A stretch of DNA of 63,364 nt, counting the filler, from Sluysia triapertura (lineage: Eukaryota): assembly GCA_046118255.1 (NCBI GenBank). It is 4 parts of 4 records of this genome, joined end to end, with 100 filler letters (N's around TTAATTAATTAA, not from the genome) between each part and the next. Parts side by side here need not be neighbours in the genome. Positions count along the whole stretch, not along the records: positions 1 to 26,179 come from JBJNIA010144165.1; 3 more parts are not named here. One strand, given 5' to 3'. The notes under the pieces were generated by a model that saw only the letters and a list, made by a program, of their open reading frames with translations, was not told where the DNA came from and ran no database searches. The position numbers and the translations under genes are program-made. This document shows positions 1 to 13,622 of this stretch, in pieces; the stretch's first letter is position 1, and every line of letters begins with the position of its first letter.

Positions 1-70
1 AAGTAATTTCGAAAGTAGTAATTTCGAAAATTTTTTATTAGATTTGAAAATTAATTCGGGCGACAAGAGG
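1..70. mobile_element. piggyBac-type element terminus (remainder lies outside the window)
   Basis: Ends ...AATTCGGGCGACAAGAGG followed by TTAA (71-74). The reverse complement resembles the TTAA-CCCTTTCAGCCCCGAATT end at 63255. Confidence 0.45.
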
Positions 71-1109
71 TTAAGATATATTAAAATCTATTATAATTTT
101 GATAAAAATGTCTACAATTATTTTAATCTATTATAATTTCGATAAAAATGTCTGCAATTAAAATGTTTGGACTTTTAGATTAATTAACTTTAGATTAATT
201 AATTAATTAATTAGTCATAAAATAAAGTGTAAATTGTTAATTAATTAGCCATAAAATGAAGTGTAAATTGTTTATTATCTACAGTATACAAAGTGGAATG
301 AAATTTAATTATGTAGTACATTGGCGTATCCTACAAAATTATGTAAAATCAGGAGCAACTGTTTGTAAAATTCAGAGAGAGGTTAAAATATACTGAATAT
401 AAACTCCGGAAAAAATTATACAAGTTTAAAAATAATCCTCTTTATGGTGTTGGTATCTTTCCTAATTACTCAACAATTATAGTTTTTATAATTTATGGGT
501 TCGCCTATAATTTACGGTTTAAATCCCAAGGAATGACAGTCAAAAAATATTCTGCGATAAGGAGTCCTTAATCTTTAGTGTACAATTTATTATTTAAAGT
601 CTAATTCTTTAACAATTGGCAGAGGGTCTGTTAATTAATCTGTTAGCACAAAATATCTTTCAATTTATCTTAACTCAAATATCCTTTATTTTACTTAACA
701 CTAATCTACGTTATTGAACTATAACAAATTACTTTTTAGTCAAAATTAAAGAAAAACTCAGTTACCTCCCAAATATATATTATGAACAAATTAGATAAAT
801 AGGTTAAATACAAAATAAATATGATAAATATATAATGGTATATATTCTAGGATTTCTCCTAAGATAAATTAATATGCATAAGAATTTTAAGATGATTTTA
901 ACCCAGGTGAATACTTGGGCTTGGAAAATGTTTATGTTAATTTACGTATGTATTAACACAAAAATTATTGTGAACAACTTATAATAAATAGCTTACGATT
1001 TCATGGATGCTTGAAAAACAAAGTGTAATGTTGGCTGCTAGAATAAGTAGAATCCAAATATAATCGGTCCACGAGATGTATATTCCAAATCAGGTTTAAT
1101 AGCTGATAC

Positions 1110-1395
1110 AAATTTACCACGAATAATCCCACGAAGTTTTGTGATGTCTCTCTTTTAATTGTGACTCAAATTTACCACGAATATTCCAACGAAGTTTTGA
1201 GATTTCTTTCTTCTAATTGTACTTTAAAATTGTGTTTTTAAAATTGTGAGTTTTAGCCAGAAATCGCAATCTATTTATACTAATTCATCTCTTTTAATTG
1301 TGCCGTAAACTTTAAAGTTTACCGGCAGTAAAATATGATAAAAATTTAATTAATAAACTTTTAATATACCGGCAATAAAACATGATAAAAATCGA
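1110..1395. repeat. Short direct repeats upstream of the polymerase relic
   Basis: AAATTTACCACGAATA..CC.ACGAAGTTTTG occurs twice about 58 bp apart; ACCGGCARTAAAAYATGATAAAAAT occurs twice. Confidence 0.7.
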
Positions 1396-1681
1396 TTAAA
1401 TTCTTTTACTATTTCATAAAATTAATTAGTTTGATAGAATTAATTAGTTTTTGCTTTTAATTAATTAATGAAATTGTACTATTAAATTATATAATTTTTA
1501 ACTAAATTAAATATTTTTTTAAAATTATTACAAAATTACTAAACAAAATTATTCACAAATTATTAAATAAACATTATTTTCAAATCATATTTTCAATAAC
1601 TTTCAATATTTACAATGGTAAGACTGTTGCCGTACAAATGTAAAATTTTTTGTACACAAGAAAGCAAATATTAAGAATTCA

Positions 1682-2243
1682 ATGAAAGTTACTGATGATT
1701 TAATTGCAGTTTTACTTGGAAAAGAAGATAGACCAAGATGTGTAGGAAAAACTAAGAATGTATCAATTACAATATGGAAAATTGGAAAAATATCGTCAGA
1801 AATTTAATTGTAAGATTGAAGTTATGATAAGGATAGTTTCTTTTTAAGATGTACCAATGTTAATTTTAATACTTTATTAAATGAAATGATTAAAGATGAA
1901 TTATTGGATGCGTCAAATCATGATACAAACCATCGAATGTATAATATTAAATTTCAAGATATCATAGGTAAAATTTAAAGACGAAAGTCAAGGTAAAGTA
2001 AAATATAGTGAATGGATATTTTTGAGGCCCAAATGATGCTTCTTATTATCTTTTATTAGTGAATGCGATAAGGCTAAAAGAGTGACTCTGAAAATAGTAC
2101 AATATATTCTGCAGATCAAACCAAAATTGGTTCCAAAAACGATCAATTATGTATAATCAAATTAAATAAAATTGCATTCTCCAACAACTATGGCTAGAAG
2201 TATTGGCCGGAGAAGAATCAAAGTACAGCTTACAGACACTATT
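1682..2243 (+). pseudogene. Protein-primed family B DNA polymerase, C-terminal part (Maverick/Polinton-like), degraded
   Basis: Frame-hopping translation gives YDKDSFF (cf. YxDTDS), LDASNHDTNHRMY..DIIGK/FKDESQG..EWIFLRPK, KAKRV and NKIAFSNNYG*KYW..STAYRHY. These follow the order of pPolB motifs GKFKDE, LRxKMY, KAKGV, KIALSxxDDKR and AYGHY. Multiple stops and frameshifts. Confidence 0.8.
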
Positions 2244-3719
2244 TTCTTAATAATGAGAATGATGATGTTTTTGATGACGAATTTTACGATGACTATGTGC
2301 TTTTTTCCGATTTTGATGACAATTTTTAATAAATGTATTTATTTGCTTTTTTCTTGTGTTGTTGATTTAATGCTAACATACATATACACATATATAATCG
2401 ATAAAAATTAAACCTTTTTGCCTTATATTAATAATTATATGAAAATAATAAAATAAACCTGGAGGTATAGTAATACTTTATTAGCGCTGTATAATGTTGT
2501 TATCCAATTAATATTTCCAGTATTTGATATAATAATACTGACTATAATGAAGCGTGCTATTCCCCAGACTCGAATCACAAGTACAGATATGTTAACGAGA
2601 AATAATAACTTCGAATCAGTTTTGACATTCCATTTAAGTGAATTCAAAAAGCCAGGATTTCCATCCATTGATGTACCAATACCATCATTTCGAAAAAATT
2701 TCTCCTTAAAATTAATATTCCAATATTATTAAATATTCTTATACAAAAGAATATTAAAATTGCTCAAAAGTAATGTATATTTTAAAAATATTCCAAAAAT
2801 ATTTGAATGCAAATTATATATTTATTATTCAAAGTATAATCTAAACAGTCGAAGGAGGAAGACCTGGACTATAAGCTGATTGTAAAATTAATTCAAATGC
2901 GCCAAGGTCATACATTAATTTCTTTGTTTTTTAAAATGTGAGGTTTGACCAATTCCGGATAAAGATAAACTTTTTTTAGCTTATTAAAATGTAGATCAAA
3001 GTTGATAGACTGAACTTAACTGAATCTCCAAAATTTCAGTGCTACTATGTTTAATGAGCGGTTGACCAATTATGTCTTTATCCAATCATTCTTTTTTTCT
3101 TTATTGCAATAATAAATCACTAATAACAATCCATACAAAAAGTTTTAGATCGTTTGTGTATTTCATCAAATATTTACAAATCTATAATCTTCCTTTTCTT
3201 TGTTTTAAATAGTCTTTCTTAGAAATACTCTTTCGAGAATTATGAAGCTTACTTAATACTCTTCGAGTATTTGGAATTGCTTTGTTTCAGTGGCAGTCTG
3301 TATATGTGGCGTTTTAGCAAACATTTATATTTTTGTCTTTGACATTCAAGACTATTTCAATACAATTTGTAATTTTACATATCATACTACATATGTCTGA
3401 ACGTGCCACCTATTACAATTCTTTCAATTTCTATGTTTGTGAGATTTTTAAAAATTAGTTTAAATAAATAATTAAATAATTAAAATAAAAAATGGGATTT
3501 TGTTTGTAGTAGAATAAACAATATCAAAATATCTTAGATTTCGCACAAATAGAAAGTGATGTCATCTCTAATAAAGGTATTGCTGAAAATGTAAAAACAC
3601 ATAACAATATAGATACGATAATTAAAGCAAATGAAGAATTAAGCGATGATGATAAACTAATTGTAGATCCAGTTCCACAATCCAAAGAAACATTTATATA
3701 GAACTAAGTGGAACTACGC

Positions 3720-4283
3720 CATGACTCTGGTATCAAATTGGTTAGCTAAATTTCGTGTAGGTAATTTTGACCTCACAAATGAGCCATGCGGTATCTACGA
3801 ACTAAAGATCACATTGAGTTTGACCCATTTCATAGTGCTTGTAAATTATTGTTGAAGTTTGGCGTTAGTAAACTATATTAACTCATTTAGTTGGATAAGT
3901 GGATTTCACATGAACTGATGACAAACAGAAACAAAAGCGTTTGGAAGCTTGCAAAGATGTTGCTTTCTCGTCACAGTTCTGATCCATTTTTGAATCGAAT
4001 TGTCATTTGTAATGAGAAATGGATCCATATGATAATCACAAAAATTCAGCACAATGAATTACTAAAAGAAGGTGAAGGTGTGATCCATTATGATTTCAAG
4101 AGATGTGGCACGTCGATCGCAGCAGTCATGTACTGCAATTAGCTGGACAAAATTATACGAAACTTAAAATTAAACATCCTAGATTGGTTAACAGATCGAC
4201 TCATATCTTATTGAATGACAACGCTAGACCTTAAGTGCACAAACGACTGTGGTAAAACTACATTATTTGGAGTTTGAACTGTA
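3720..4283 (+). pseudogene. mariner (Tc1/mariner) transposase remnant
   Basis: WLAKFRVGNFDLTNEPCG, DPFLNRIVICNEKWI (cf. FLxRIVTGDEKW), GVIHYD and LLNDNARP* (cf. HDNARPH). Internally deleted; no terminal inverted repeats seen. Confidence 0.9.
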
Positions 4284-5103
4284 ATCACTGACTTTATATA
4301 TTAATTATGTATATATTTGATTGCAGGGAGCCAACACCTTATGCTTTCATTAATAAACCTCTAACATCCGTCAATTCTTCTAAAAAGCTAAGTTCAATTT
4401 AAATATTTACTTAACAGCAGTTCCAAAGGTTCCTAAAGAATTAAATCTATTTGTATCTTAATATTATTATTGTCAATATTATGGTTAAATTTTCTTAAAT
4501 TTCTTGTGCAGATAAATGTTAGAAGTATTTTTTCATCAAATGTAGTAGAGGTTTATGGTCTCATTACTCGTTCATAAACATGGTAGCGAATTTCCGAATT
4601 CATCAGAATTATGAAATAATGAACGTCACGTTTTATTGCTTTATCGAGGAATATTGCTCCTGAATTTTGGGATATTTCAGATATATCAACTTGATAGTAT
4701 CAGTGAATTTGTGCATAATTTAAAACCAATTATTCATCAAACATTTTGTTAGTGATATCTTGTGAAATAAGAGATGGTTTAACATAGAAATAATGCAAAT
4801 TGATTGTTATATAGACTTATTTTTTTATTTTGATGCTTTTTGGTTGTTATAATTTGTAACAAGAACCAATAAAATAATGTTAATTTTAAGTTTAAAATTA
4901 AAAACTGAACTCGTAAATTTTGTTATAGCATTACACAAAATTGATTTTCTTATTTCATTAATTTTATTAATTATTGATCTTTTTATAACTAATTAGTCGT
5001 CCGGACTACCAAAAAATGTAATAAAACAATTCAAATATTACAACTAACTTTGTTATGAAGTACGTATCTCAAAAATAAGTACAACGCTACATTAACTATA
5101 AAA

Positions 5104-5271
5104 ATGAGTAATTCGAAGCCTCGATTAAATAAAGTCATAAATGTAATACGCTCAGTCACTGTTTCATTAGCGGAAATCCAACACCAACCACTAGTTGCAG
5201 CTCCTTCGTCATTACCAAGTGCGCCGTATAAAGTCGGGATTAATGTTAAGAAAACTGAACACGAAAAAGTG
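5104..5271 (+). CDS. Possible first exon of an unidentified gene (status unknown)
   Basis: ATG-initiated ORF with higher GC than its flanks, followed by candidate donor sites and a ~50-nt GTAAG...TTAG intron-like segment at about 5416-5467. No homology recognised. Confidence 0.3.
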
Positions 5272-7671
5272 GTTTCAGTAAAATTATCGTGTTATAAAAA
5301 TAATTTCACATTTTATTTATATTAGAATTGATAATATTTATACTAAAATTTATTTATATATCTAACATTTAAATTTGAATTATCTTATTTAATTCAAGAC
5401 AAATATACACTTAATGTAAGTTTTTTATTTGTTGGTCAAATACTATTTTTAATCAATCTTTTCTTAGGAAAATTTTACTACTGATAGTAGTAAATTATTG
5501 TGTAATTAGTTTAATTTTGTAAACATTAAATATTATTATTTTATTGATTTTCTTTTTTATTATTTTACAATATTTCTTAAAAAACACAATTTTTGCATAA
5601 TTTAATATTTTAATATTTAGAAAGAAAAAAAGATGTCTGGAGTTATGAAATGATAAAGGGTTAGGTTTAAATTGCAAGATGTATAAATCTACTGAATTGT
5701 GCTATAATATAACTTGATATTCAAAGATGAGGCTGAAGGTGATCCATATGATTAGAGAGTAATTATGTATTATCTTTATTTCTCTTTTTGGTATTTAAAT
5801 CAGAAGATCTTACATAAATGAAACAATAAATTAATTGAAAATAAAAATGAAAGATTATATGATGATTTTTGAGCTTGATTGAGAATGTAGTTTGCTAGGT
5901 GTTCTGTTGAATCGTTTTGTATTGAATTGGGAATTTAGGCATACTCTTTGTGTCTGACATTTAATTCTTCTTAAACGATCTTATTGTTAAAACTAAACTT
6001 ATTGTTTGGTGTTTGTCTGGGGTAGGAATGTTTTTAAGAAGATGTTGTTATGAAGTGCGTTAGTATTATGATATATTATACACGATTTAGTGATTTCTAA
6101 CTGTATGATACGAAGTGGATTTACTGAATTGTGATTTTGTTCAACGAATTTCTGCAAAGCGTAGAATTTATTTTGTTAAATGTTGTTATTCGGTATTCTA
6201 GAAACTTGTGGATTATGTTGTAATATTACTTTAATATTGTACTTGGGTTTGCAAATAATTTGAATGGTGAATTTGTCTAGTGTAATGTTATTGTGAAATA
6301 ATAGCATAATATATTTCATAAATATCAACATAATATTCATAAAATATTTTAAAATACTTATAAAATAATGTAAATAAAATTGTATGTGTCAGAATGCCTG
6401 GAAATACTATATGATACTTTAATATTGACTAAAATAAAATTATTTTTAGTATGAATATCTAAATGCTTTAAAATACTCGATAATTAAATGAAAAAGTAAA
6501 ATGCCTTAGAAATGCGTGAATGTTTCAATAATAAAATCATATTAAATAGAAATTCTATAAAAACCATATAAAATTAAAATTTAGAAACATTGAACCTCAT
6601 TATCATAATTGATAAGATCATTCTAAACTAAGATTAGATATAAATAATATGAAATTAAAATTTAATAGTATTATTTTAAATTAGTTTAAAATGAGATTTA
6701 AATAAGCTCTAGACAAAATTTCAAATTATAATAGACATGAGTACTTACCACTATTATGATTACGTATAATTTTTTATTATGATATTTAATTCTTTTATTT
6801 ATGAAATTTAGTTTTTATATTTAATAGTTTATATTATAAACAAGAAATTTAAAATGTTTGCTTGGATAACGTTGTAATTTGTTTGATTGTGAAGGTTGTA
6901 AAATATAGAATGAATTGATTAAGCAATATGTGTTTTAAATTGAAAATTTTGTTGTACTGATTTTGTAATAAAATTAGAAGTAATGAGTTGGATCACCACA
7001 ATACTATCAATCATTGCGTTCAAGATGATCAATTAAAACAACATTTTAAAAGTAATTCAAGCTTCACTTGTATCTGACTACAAGAGAAACCTTTATATAT
7101 GAAGATATTCCATATTATTTTTGTTAATAAATTATAAGAAGATGAATACCAAGCCCTTGTTTCATTTTGTCATGTTATTAATAATAAGAATGAAGATCGA
7201 TCATTCCTAACTCCATAAGGTTCCATTTTCTAAAAAATGAACAAAAACTCAATTTTTTAATTAAAATTAATATTTAAGTATAAAAATATAATTTTTGGGA
7301 ATTAAATTTTGTCTGAAAATTACACAATATTTTATCAATTGAATAATATATAATATATAATACAAATAAATAATAATACAGATACAAAGTTTAATCTAAA
7401 TAAACAGTTAAAGCAATTTTTATAAAATTTTCATGTAATAAAGAATGAATAATAATATAATATGACAAAACTATAATAGGTGCTTAATTTTAATCCGCTA
7501 CTTTGTCAGCACAAGGTCTCGACTATATTTTAGAATATTTGGGAATAGATATAATGAAATCTCGTAAAATAAGCAAAGTAATTATAATTTGAGGAAATAA
7601 AAACGGTGCATCAATGTACTTACCTTATCTCTAAAGAAAAATAGATAATCATAGCTTATTTAATATAATAC

Positions 7672-7830
7672 TGTTAGACTTCGTAAAATGGACTGACCGG
7701 AGATCGAAGTCGAGACCATCGCTGCGCAGTTCGAATGCTCTACCACTGAGCTATCAGCCCCGTCTAACAATTTCATTTTCAATATATTCAATTATACTAC
7801 TTGGCACTTTATAGGCCTTTTACCCCAACA
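7672..7830 (-). mobile_element. tRNA-cored ~160-bp element, copy A
   Basis: TGTTAGAC...CCCCAACA with TSD ATAC (7668-7671 and 7831-7834). The minus strand carries GGGCTGATAGCTCAGTGGTAGAGCA...TTCGATC...TCAGTCCA then TTTT. Confidence 0.92.
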
Positions 7831-8474
7831 ATACTCTCGCCGTAATATTTTCCCGAGTTATTCCAATGTTATCCGAGGTATCTCGAGCTTGGTTCTTAAG
7901 GACTTAAGACATACCTGTTTTCAGATAAAATGATTAAATGATCAAATAAATAAGCACGCCTGTGTTATTGAACTTACGAGAATCCTCATAAAACAGATAA
8001 TAATTACTAATTCAACTCTTCTTAAAGAAGTAATTCAATATTGTTCTACAATTAATTAATAAATAAAATGATTAAAAACTTCGCCAAAAATTATTTTATA
8101 AAATAACAAAAATTAAATTATTCAAATAATAAATTCAAATTCTACCAGATGTATGGATCTTCAATCTGCGGAATCATATCAGCATTCCGTGAATTTTACT
8201 GGTGTTAATAAAATTTTTTGTAGAGTATTCCTCTTTTTGCTTTCTCAATCAAGCATTCTATCACACAAATCATCACAACATTCTTTGAAAATTAAACAAA
8301 TAATAATAACTTTAACAATTCATGGTATGGTTTATCAAACTTTATTAAGTACAGAACACAAGAATTTGATTAATGATCAACCATTATTTTCATTTACTCT
8401 GTTCAATCTTCTTTTACTTAAATTACTTCTCATATTAAAATAACAATAACCAGTAGTGTTAACATGCATAAAAA

Positions 8475-8604
8475 TGTCAGACTTCATAAAATGAACCCGG
8501 TACTTCTCGCTGCGCAGCTTGATGCTATCAGCCGCGTTTAACAATTTTTAGTCAATTATTATAGTCAACAATACCAAATGGAACTTTAGGCCTATGTCTC
8601 AACA
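8475..8604 (-). mobile_element. tRNA-cored element, copy B (internal deletions)
   Basis: TGTCAGACTTCATAAAATG...CTCAACA with AAAA on both sides. Keeps CTGCGCAG and GCTATCAGCC; the D-arm and the 3' part of the tRNA are deleted. Confidence 0.8.
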
Positions 8605-9579
8605 AAAATAGTGAATTTAATTTTAGTTTATAGAATTTATACCCAACTTTTTATTAAAAAATGTTGAAGGTTCTCATTCTCGAACAAACCACTCTACAAA
8701 CATTTCGAACTCACTTCTACATTCTCCTCTTTCATAGCAATAATCTCATATTCAATTCATTATTTTTTCAACATTCGAAGTACAAAAATTCAACATTCCA
8801 CAATTAAGAAATAATTAAAATTTGGCTTTGCTCAATATCAAGACTTTCCTTGTATAAACTCGGTCAAAACATACCTTCATCGAACGGTCTTTTTAAAACA
8901 ATTACGTACGGAGTTTCAATTTTGACACAGTATTCCGCATTCAAACGTTATTCACAAAAACGTATCTTTTATTAACTAATTTACTTTTGGACTTAATCTT
9001 ATTTAATGTTTAAAGGTGTGATTAATGTTCTAAAGTTATTTAGTACTTTTTAAGGCACTCAGGGTTCTAGATGCTTACATCTTCACCATTCTGATTTCTT
9101 TTTTTACGTCTTTGTATTAATTATCAATGCATGAAATTAATCCTTATTATTACTAATAATAATTCCATTTTTCAAATGTTTTAAAGATTTTTAATAGTTT
9201 TTGAGTGCTTATGAAGGTTTCAAAATACTTAAGGGTCAATAAGGTCTTAAATAATCTCAAGATTCACAAGTTCAAGGAATTTTCCTGTTTCAAGCCTACA
9301 TAAGGTATTCCTCAGCTCTCAACAGCACTACAGATGTTTTCATCTTCATCATTTATCATGTTCTATCCATCACATAGTTTTAATTCCTCCTAGATTTTGC
9401 AATTCCATGTTTCTTACTCGTTTTTTATTCCACATTTGGGTAATCCCAACATTCGAACAACCCGCAAAACATCAATTTTTAAAATCATACATGTTAGATT
9501 AATCTTTAATGTGATATAAGTGTATTAAAAGTTGAAACCTCAGTTTGTTTTATTTTTATTATGTCTTTAAAGTGTAAAA

Positions 9580-9690
9580 CTTGAGTCTCTGGTTATGGTT
9601 TTCTAACACTTATTATGATAAACTGGCGGTTATCGTTTAATCATCTCTGTGATAAGAGATGGAAGTGTATTTTTGCTTAATAAGGTTACA
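9580..9690. repeat. Dispersed repeat family (other copies at ~55520-55630 and, inverted, ~13160-13385)
   Basis: Shared TTCTAACACTTATTAT.ATAA.CTGG..GTTA...TAAG.G...GGAAGTG core in three places. Confidence 0.75.
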
Positions 9691-11524
9691 GTTCAATTTC
9701 TTTTCTTTACCTTTAAAATAAAACTAAGTAAAATAAATTAATCCATACCTTATTTACTCTAAAATTAGTTTATACAGAACTAGACAGATTGGAATAAAGT
9801 TATTGATAAAACGCTTTTGACAAAAATTAATTTATAAAAATGCAATAAGAATAATACGAAACGCAACTATTAATTTTCTTTACAACTACAAGTTATAATT
9901 TTGTTTAGAAATTTTTTTATTAATTCAAATGTTATTCTAATAATAAAATAATCAAAATTAAAATAATAATCAATAATAAAATAAAATAATCAAAATTTAT
10001 AAACATTAGTGTTTCCAAAATTAGTGTTAGTAGAAAATATCAAATAAACACCTTTTCTTGAATAATAAAATTGATACTTTTAGTAAACTTCTTCAATAAA
10101 CTGTAATCAAATATTGTAATAGTACTTTCAATAAACTGTGATGTCCATTTATATTGTTGGGATTAGTGAAGGATAAGGAAAAATACAATGGTTATAACTC
10201 AAGATAATATAATAAAATAGACATTGAAGAATTAAGATAAGGTTTTACGATAAAATGTAATAACAAAATAAGCACATAAAATAATGGAATCAAGACAAAC
10301 GAGTTAAAGATATGAAGAAATAAGCCTTTAAAAAGTTTTGTTTGTTAAGGTATTAAAGTGTATTTGTTAATTAATTTCATTAAAATTTGTTTAATTTGAT
10401 AACTTAATAAAATGTTTGCTCACAATAATATAATATTAGGTTTAGTGTATAATGATGAATTTTATTAGTATTTTTAATGATAAAATGTTACGAAGCATGT
10501 CGACTTAGATAACGTAATAAATAGTTATTTTAATTATTTTTTATAATTTAAAATTAAAGTTAAATACCTTCTGATATTTGATGAATATACCGATTCAAAT
10601 ATGTTATTGAACTTGAAATGCAACGGTTGATTTCTGTGAAAAATAAATTTATCATTTCATAAAATGTATCCTTAATTTAAGTTAATAAACGGCGTCATTG
10701 ATAGAATAGCTATATAAGAATGATATTAAATTTTAATTTAATGATGTTGAAAAGATAAGGGATTGCTTATCACAAATCTCATTATCTTTAGATAATTAAA
10801 AGATAATGAATTTTGACAGAGGCGGAAATTACTGTTGGAATTTAATCATTAAAATATGTCGGCTAAAAAAATGAACAGCTTAATTTTCGTCTTGCCCAAT
10901 TTTCAATCTCTTAAATGATCATAAAACTCCTATATAAGCAGTTATATTTTTGCAGAAAAATCAGAAAAAAACAAGGAAAGATAAAGAAGAAATTGAAGAC
11001 TTATCAGCTTTAGGGACGCTGTCTCAATTCATTTGTGGAAAACAGTGAAAATGAGGCTTATTCTTCAGCAGTCCGCCAAAATACGTTTTAATGGGGATCT
11101 AGAAAGAATTAGTCATCTGTTTATTTTATTTGTTATTTTTTAGTGTTGTTAATGCGAGTGCCACCATAGTAGTGATTTTTTAATATTTAGAGTTTTATAA
11201 TTTTGAAGTAATAATAAAATTATATATTGAAGTCATTTTGTTAAAATAATTAATTTTATTTATATAATAGAATTTATTATAAAAGAATTTTCATTGTATA
11301 ATTGTGATATTTTAAAGACTATATCGAGATTCAAAATTTTTTTAGTTATGGGGTTGTAATTTGATAATTTAAAATAAAAGTATAAAAGACACATTGCTTT
11401 TCTTTTTTATAGCTTCCATAGTCTCTTTGAATTATTATTTTATTATTATATCCAGCATATTACTCCAATTATACTGTTATTACTTTTTATAGTCAATTTA
11501 ATTATTTTATAATAACAATGGTAG

Positions 11525-11683
11525 TGTTAGACTTCGTAAAATGGACTGACCGGGGATCGAAGTCGAGACCTCTCGCTGCGCAGTTCGAATGCTCTACCAC
11601 TGAGCTATCAGCCCCGTCTAACAATTTCATTTTTAATATATTCAATTATACTACTTGGCACTTTTTCGGCCTTTACCCCAACA
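11525..11683 (-). mobile_element. tRNA-cored ~160-bp element, copy C
   Basis: Nearly identical to copy A, with TSD GTAG (11521-11524 and 11684-11687). Confidence 0.92.
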
Positions 11684-12734
11684 GTAGTTTACTTTAGATT
11701 ATTTGTCTTATTAATATTTTTTAATTTTTTATAATAATTTATAATTTTCCATTGTATTATTAGTTAAAAGCAAAAGAATAGTAAACAAAAAAATGATTAA
11801 TGATTAAACAATTATTCTCTAATGTTTATAACAATGAAAATTATTCTAATCTTTGATGTTAACAATTATTCTCTACATTATTCTCTTTTTTGATGTTTAT
11901 AATGCAATAATAGATTAACATTTATTCGTTACATATACATATTAAAAGGATTACAAAGGTTTTTGTATATTCTCTTTTGTTTTACACATGCATAGTGTAA
12001 TTTTGTGAATATACTGCGTAATAAAAATATTATTAGTGTTTCATTGCGTTTTTGTTTATAATTCGACCATCTATAAAATCATTTATAAAAAATTCTGTGC
12101 AAAAGGCTACGTTCAGTTAAAAAATTTTACTGCAACCAAACCCACTGACAACATTTACACTTGATAGTATGTTACAAGTAGAATCACAGCATTTAGAAAT
12201 ATAGAAAAAATTAATTTGTTTCAGTTTCTTCTAAGAAATAAGTGAGAGAAGTGTCAACTGTTCCGAATTTAAGAACACGAAATATTTAGGTTTGTTGCTC
12301 TATATCAAAAGACAGAGTTTTAAAATAGGTTCAACATAGTAAAATTTAGTAGTTGTATATATGTAAAGATTATTTATTAATATTAAAGTTTATTTGTGAA
12401 ATTATCTAAAATATAACTCTATTAAAAAAACTCATAAAATTACTATTAAAGTTATAATATAGAAAAATATAATATAAATTAAAAATTAAGACTAAAAGTA
12501 ATAACATAATAGTAAACAATAAAGTGAATAAAATAATAGTAATTAAAATTAAGAAAGAAAAATAATAACATATGTACTATAAAATAATAGCAAACTATAG
12601 TGTAAATGAAATAACATCAAAAAAGTAATTTTACTATATATTTCTGTATTGCAAAATTTAGAAAATGTCGGTATTATGTAAAAAATCGAATATAAATAGA
12701 ATCATTCTTTTCAACCATTACAGTTATTGATGTA

Positions 12735-12925
12735 AGTTGTTGGTTGAAGGTGTTTGGTATTGAAGTTATTAATCGACAATATTTGGTACTTGGTATTCGA
12801 TTATTGTTCCAGTTATTTATTGAAGGTATTTGGTATTCGATTTCAATTATATGAAGAAGTTATTTGCTGAAGATATTTTACATTTGGTATTCGACTGCTG
12901 TTCCAGTAAAGGGAAGGTATTTGAA
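12735..12925. repeat. Degenerate minisatellite
   Basis: Recurring GAAGGTATTTGGTATTCGA and GTTCCAGT units. Confidence 0.55.
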
Positions 12926-13235
12926 TAAGTAACATTTTATAATTTAAAATACATTAATATTTAACTTTGAATATTTATCTGAATAACATTTACAATAATT
13001 AAAATGTTAAATTTAAACTTAAAATAAATTTACAAGCACCGAAAATATACTACATGTGGTATATTTTATATTGCAAATATTATCCGAATTATTTTGTAGA
13101 CTTTGTACGTTTGATAAATAATTTTTTGATCGGTACAGTTTATATTATTTGAATTTTGACATTAATCAAACAAAATTGCACTTCCGTCTCTTACACCAGA
13201 AACGAGTTAACTGTAACCTCCAGTTATTATTATTA

Positions 13236-13362
13236 TGGACTGACCGGGGATTAAACCAGGGACTTCTCGATGCTCTACCATTGAGCTATTAGCCCCGTCT
13301 AATAATTTTTAAATTAGAATAGTCAACCATATCAAGTGGCATCTCAGGCCTATATCCCAACA
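13236..13362 (-). mobile_element. tRNA-cored element, copy D (ends at the tRNA 3' end; anticodon loop deleted)
   Basis: TGGACTGACCGGGGAT...CCCAACA flanked by ATTA on both sides; interrupts a copy of the 9580/55520 repeat. Confidence 0.8.
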
Positions 13363-13392
13363 ATTATAAGTGTTAGAAAATAATTATCTTAA

Positions 13393-13622
13393 CCCCTTCC
13401 CGGTTTATGCCGTATATTTACGGCATAACTAAAACTGACCAGAACATAAAATGCCGTATATATATGGCACCAAAACAATCAAACGAAAAATAAGTGTAAT
13501 CTTCGTAATATTTATAAAACGACGTCGGAAATATCTTTATACACTACTTTTGTTTTTTTGTTAATAAAAAAAATAGCCAGTTTTCGACCATACACTTGAA
13601 AAATAAATAAACCGGGAAGGGG
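13393..13622. mobile_element. piggyBac-family MITE, 230 bp
   Basis: Perfect 16-bp TIR CCCCTTCCCGGTTTAT/ATAAACCGGGAAGGGG, TTAA on both sides, and internal palindrome TTATGCCGTA..TACGGCATAA. Confidence 0.95.

Noticed and set aside
7697-7762. Functional tRNA genes in the six repeat copies
   Set aside because: The anticodon arm is non-canonical, copies A and C have a broken T-stem and B box, others carry deletions, and all lie within TSD-flanked units.
11525-11683. Classical tRNA-derived SINE
   Set aside because: The tRNA is not at the 5' end, there is no tail, and the ends are fixed TGT/ACA with a constant 4-bp TSD.
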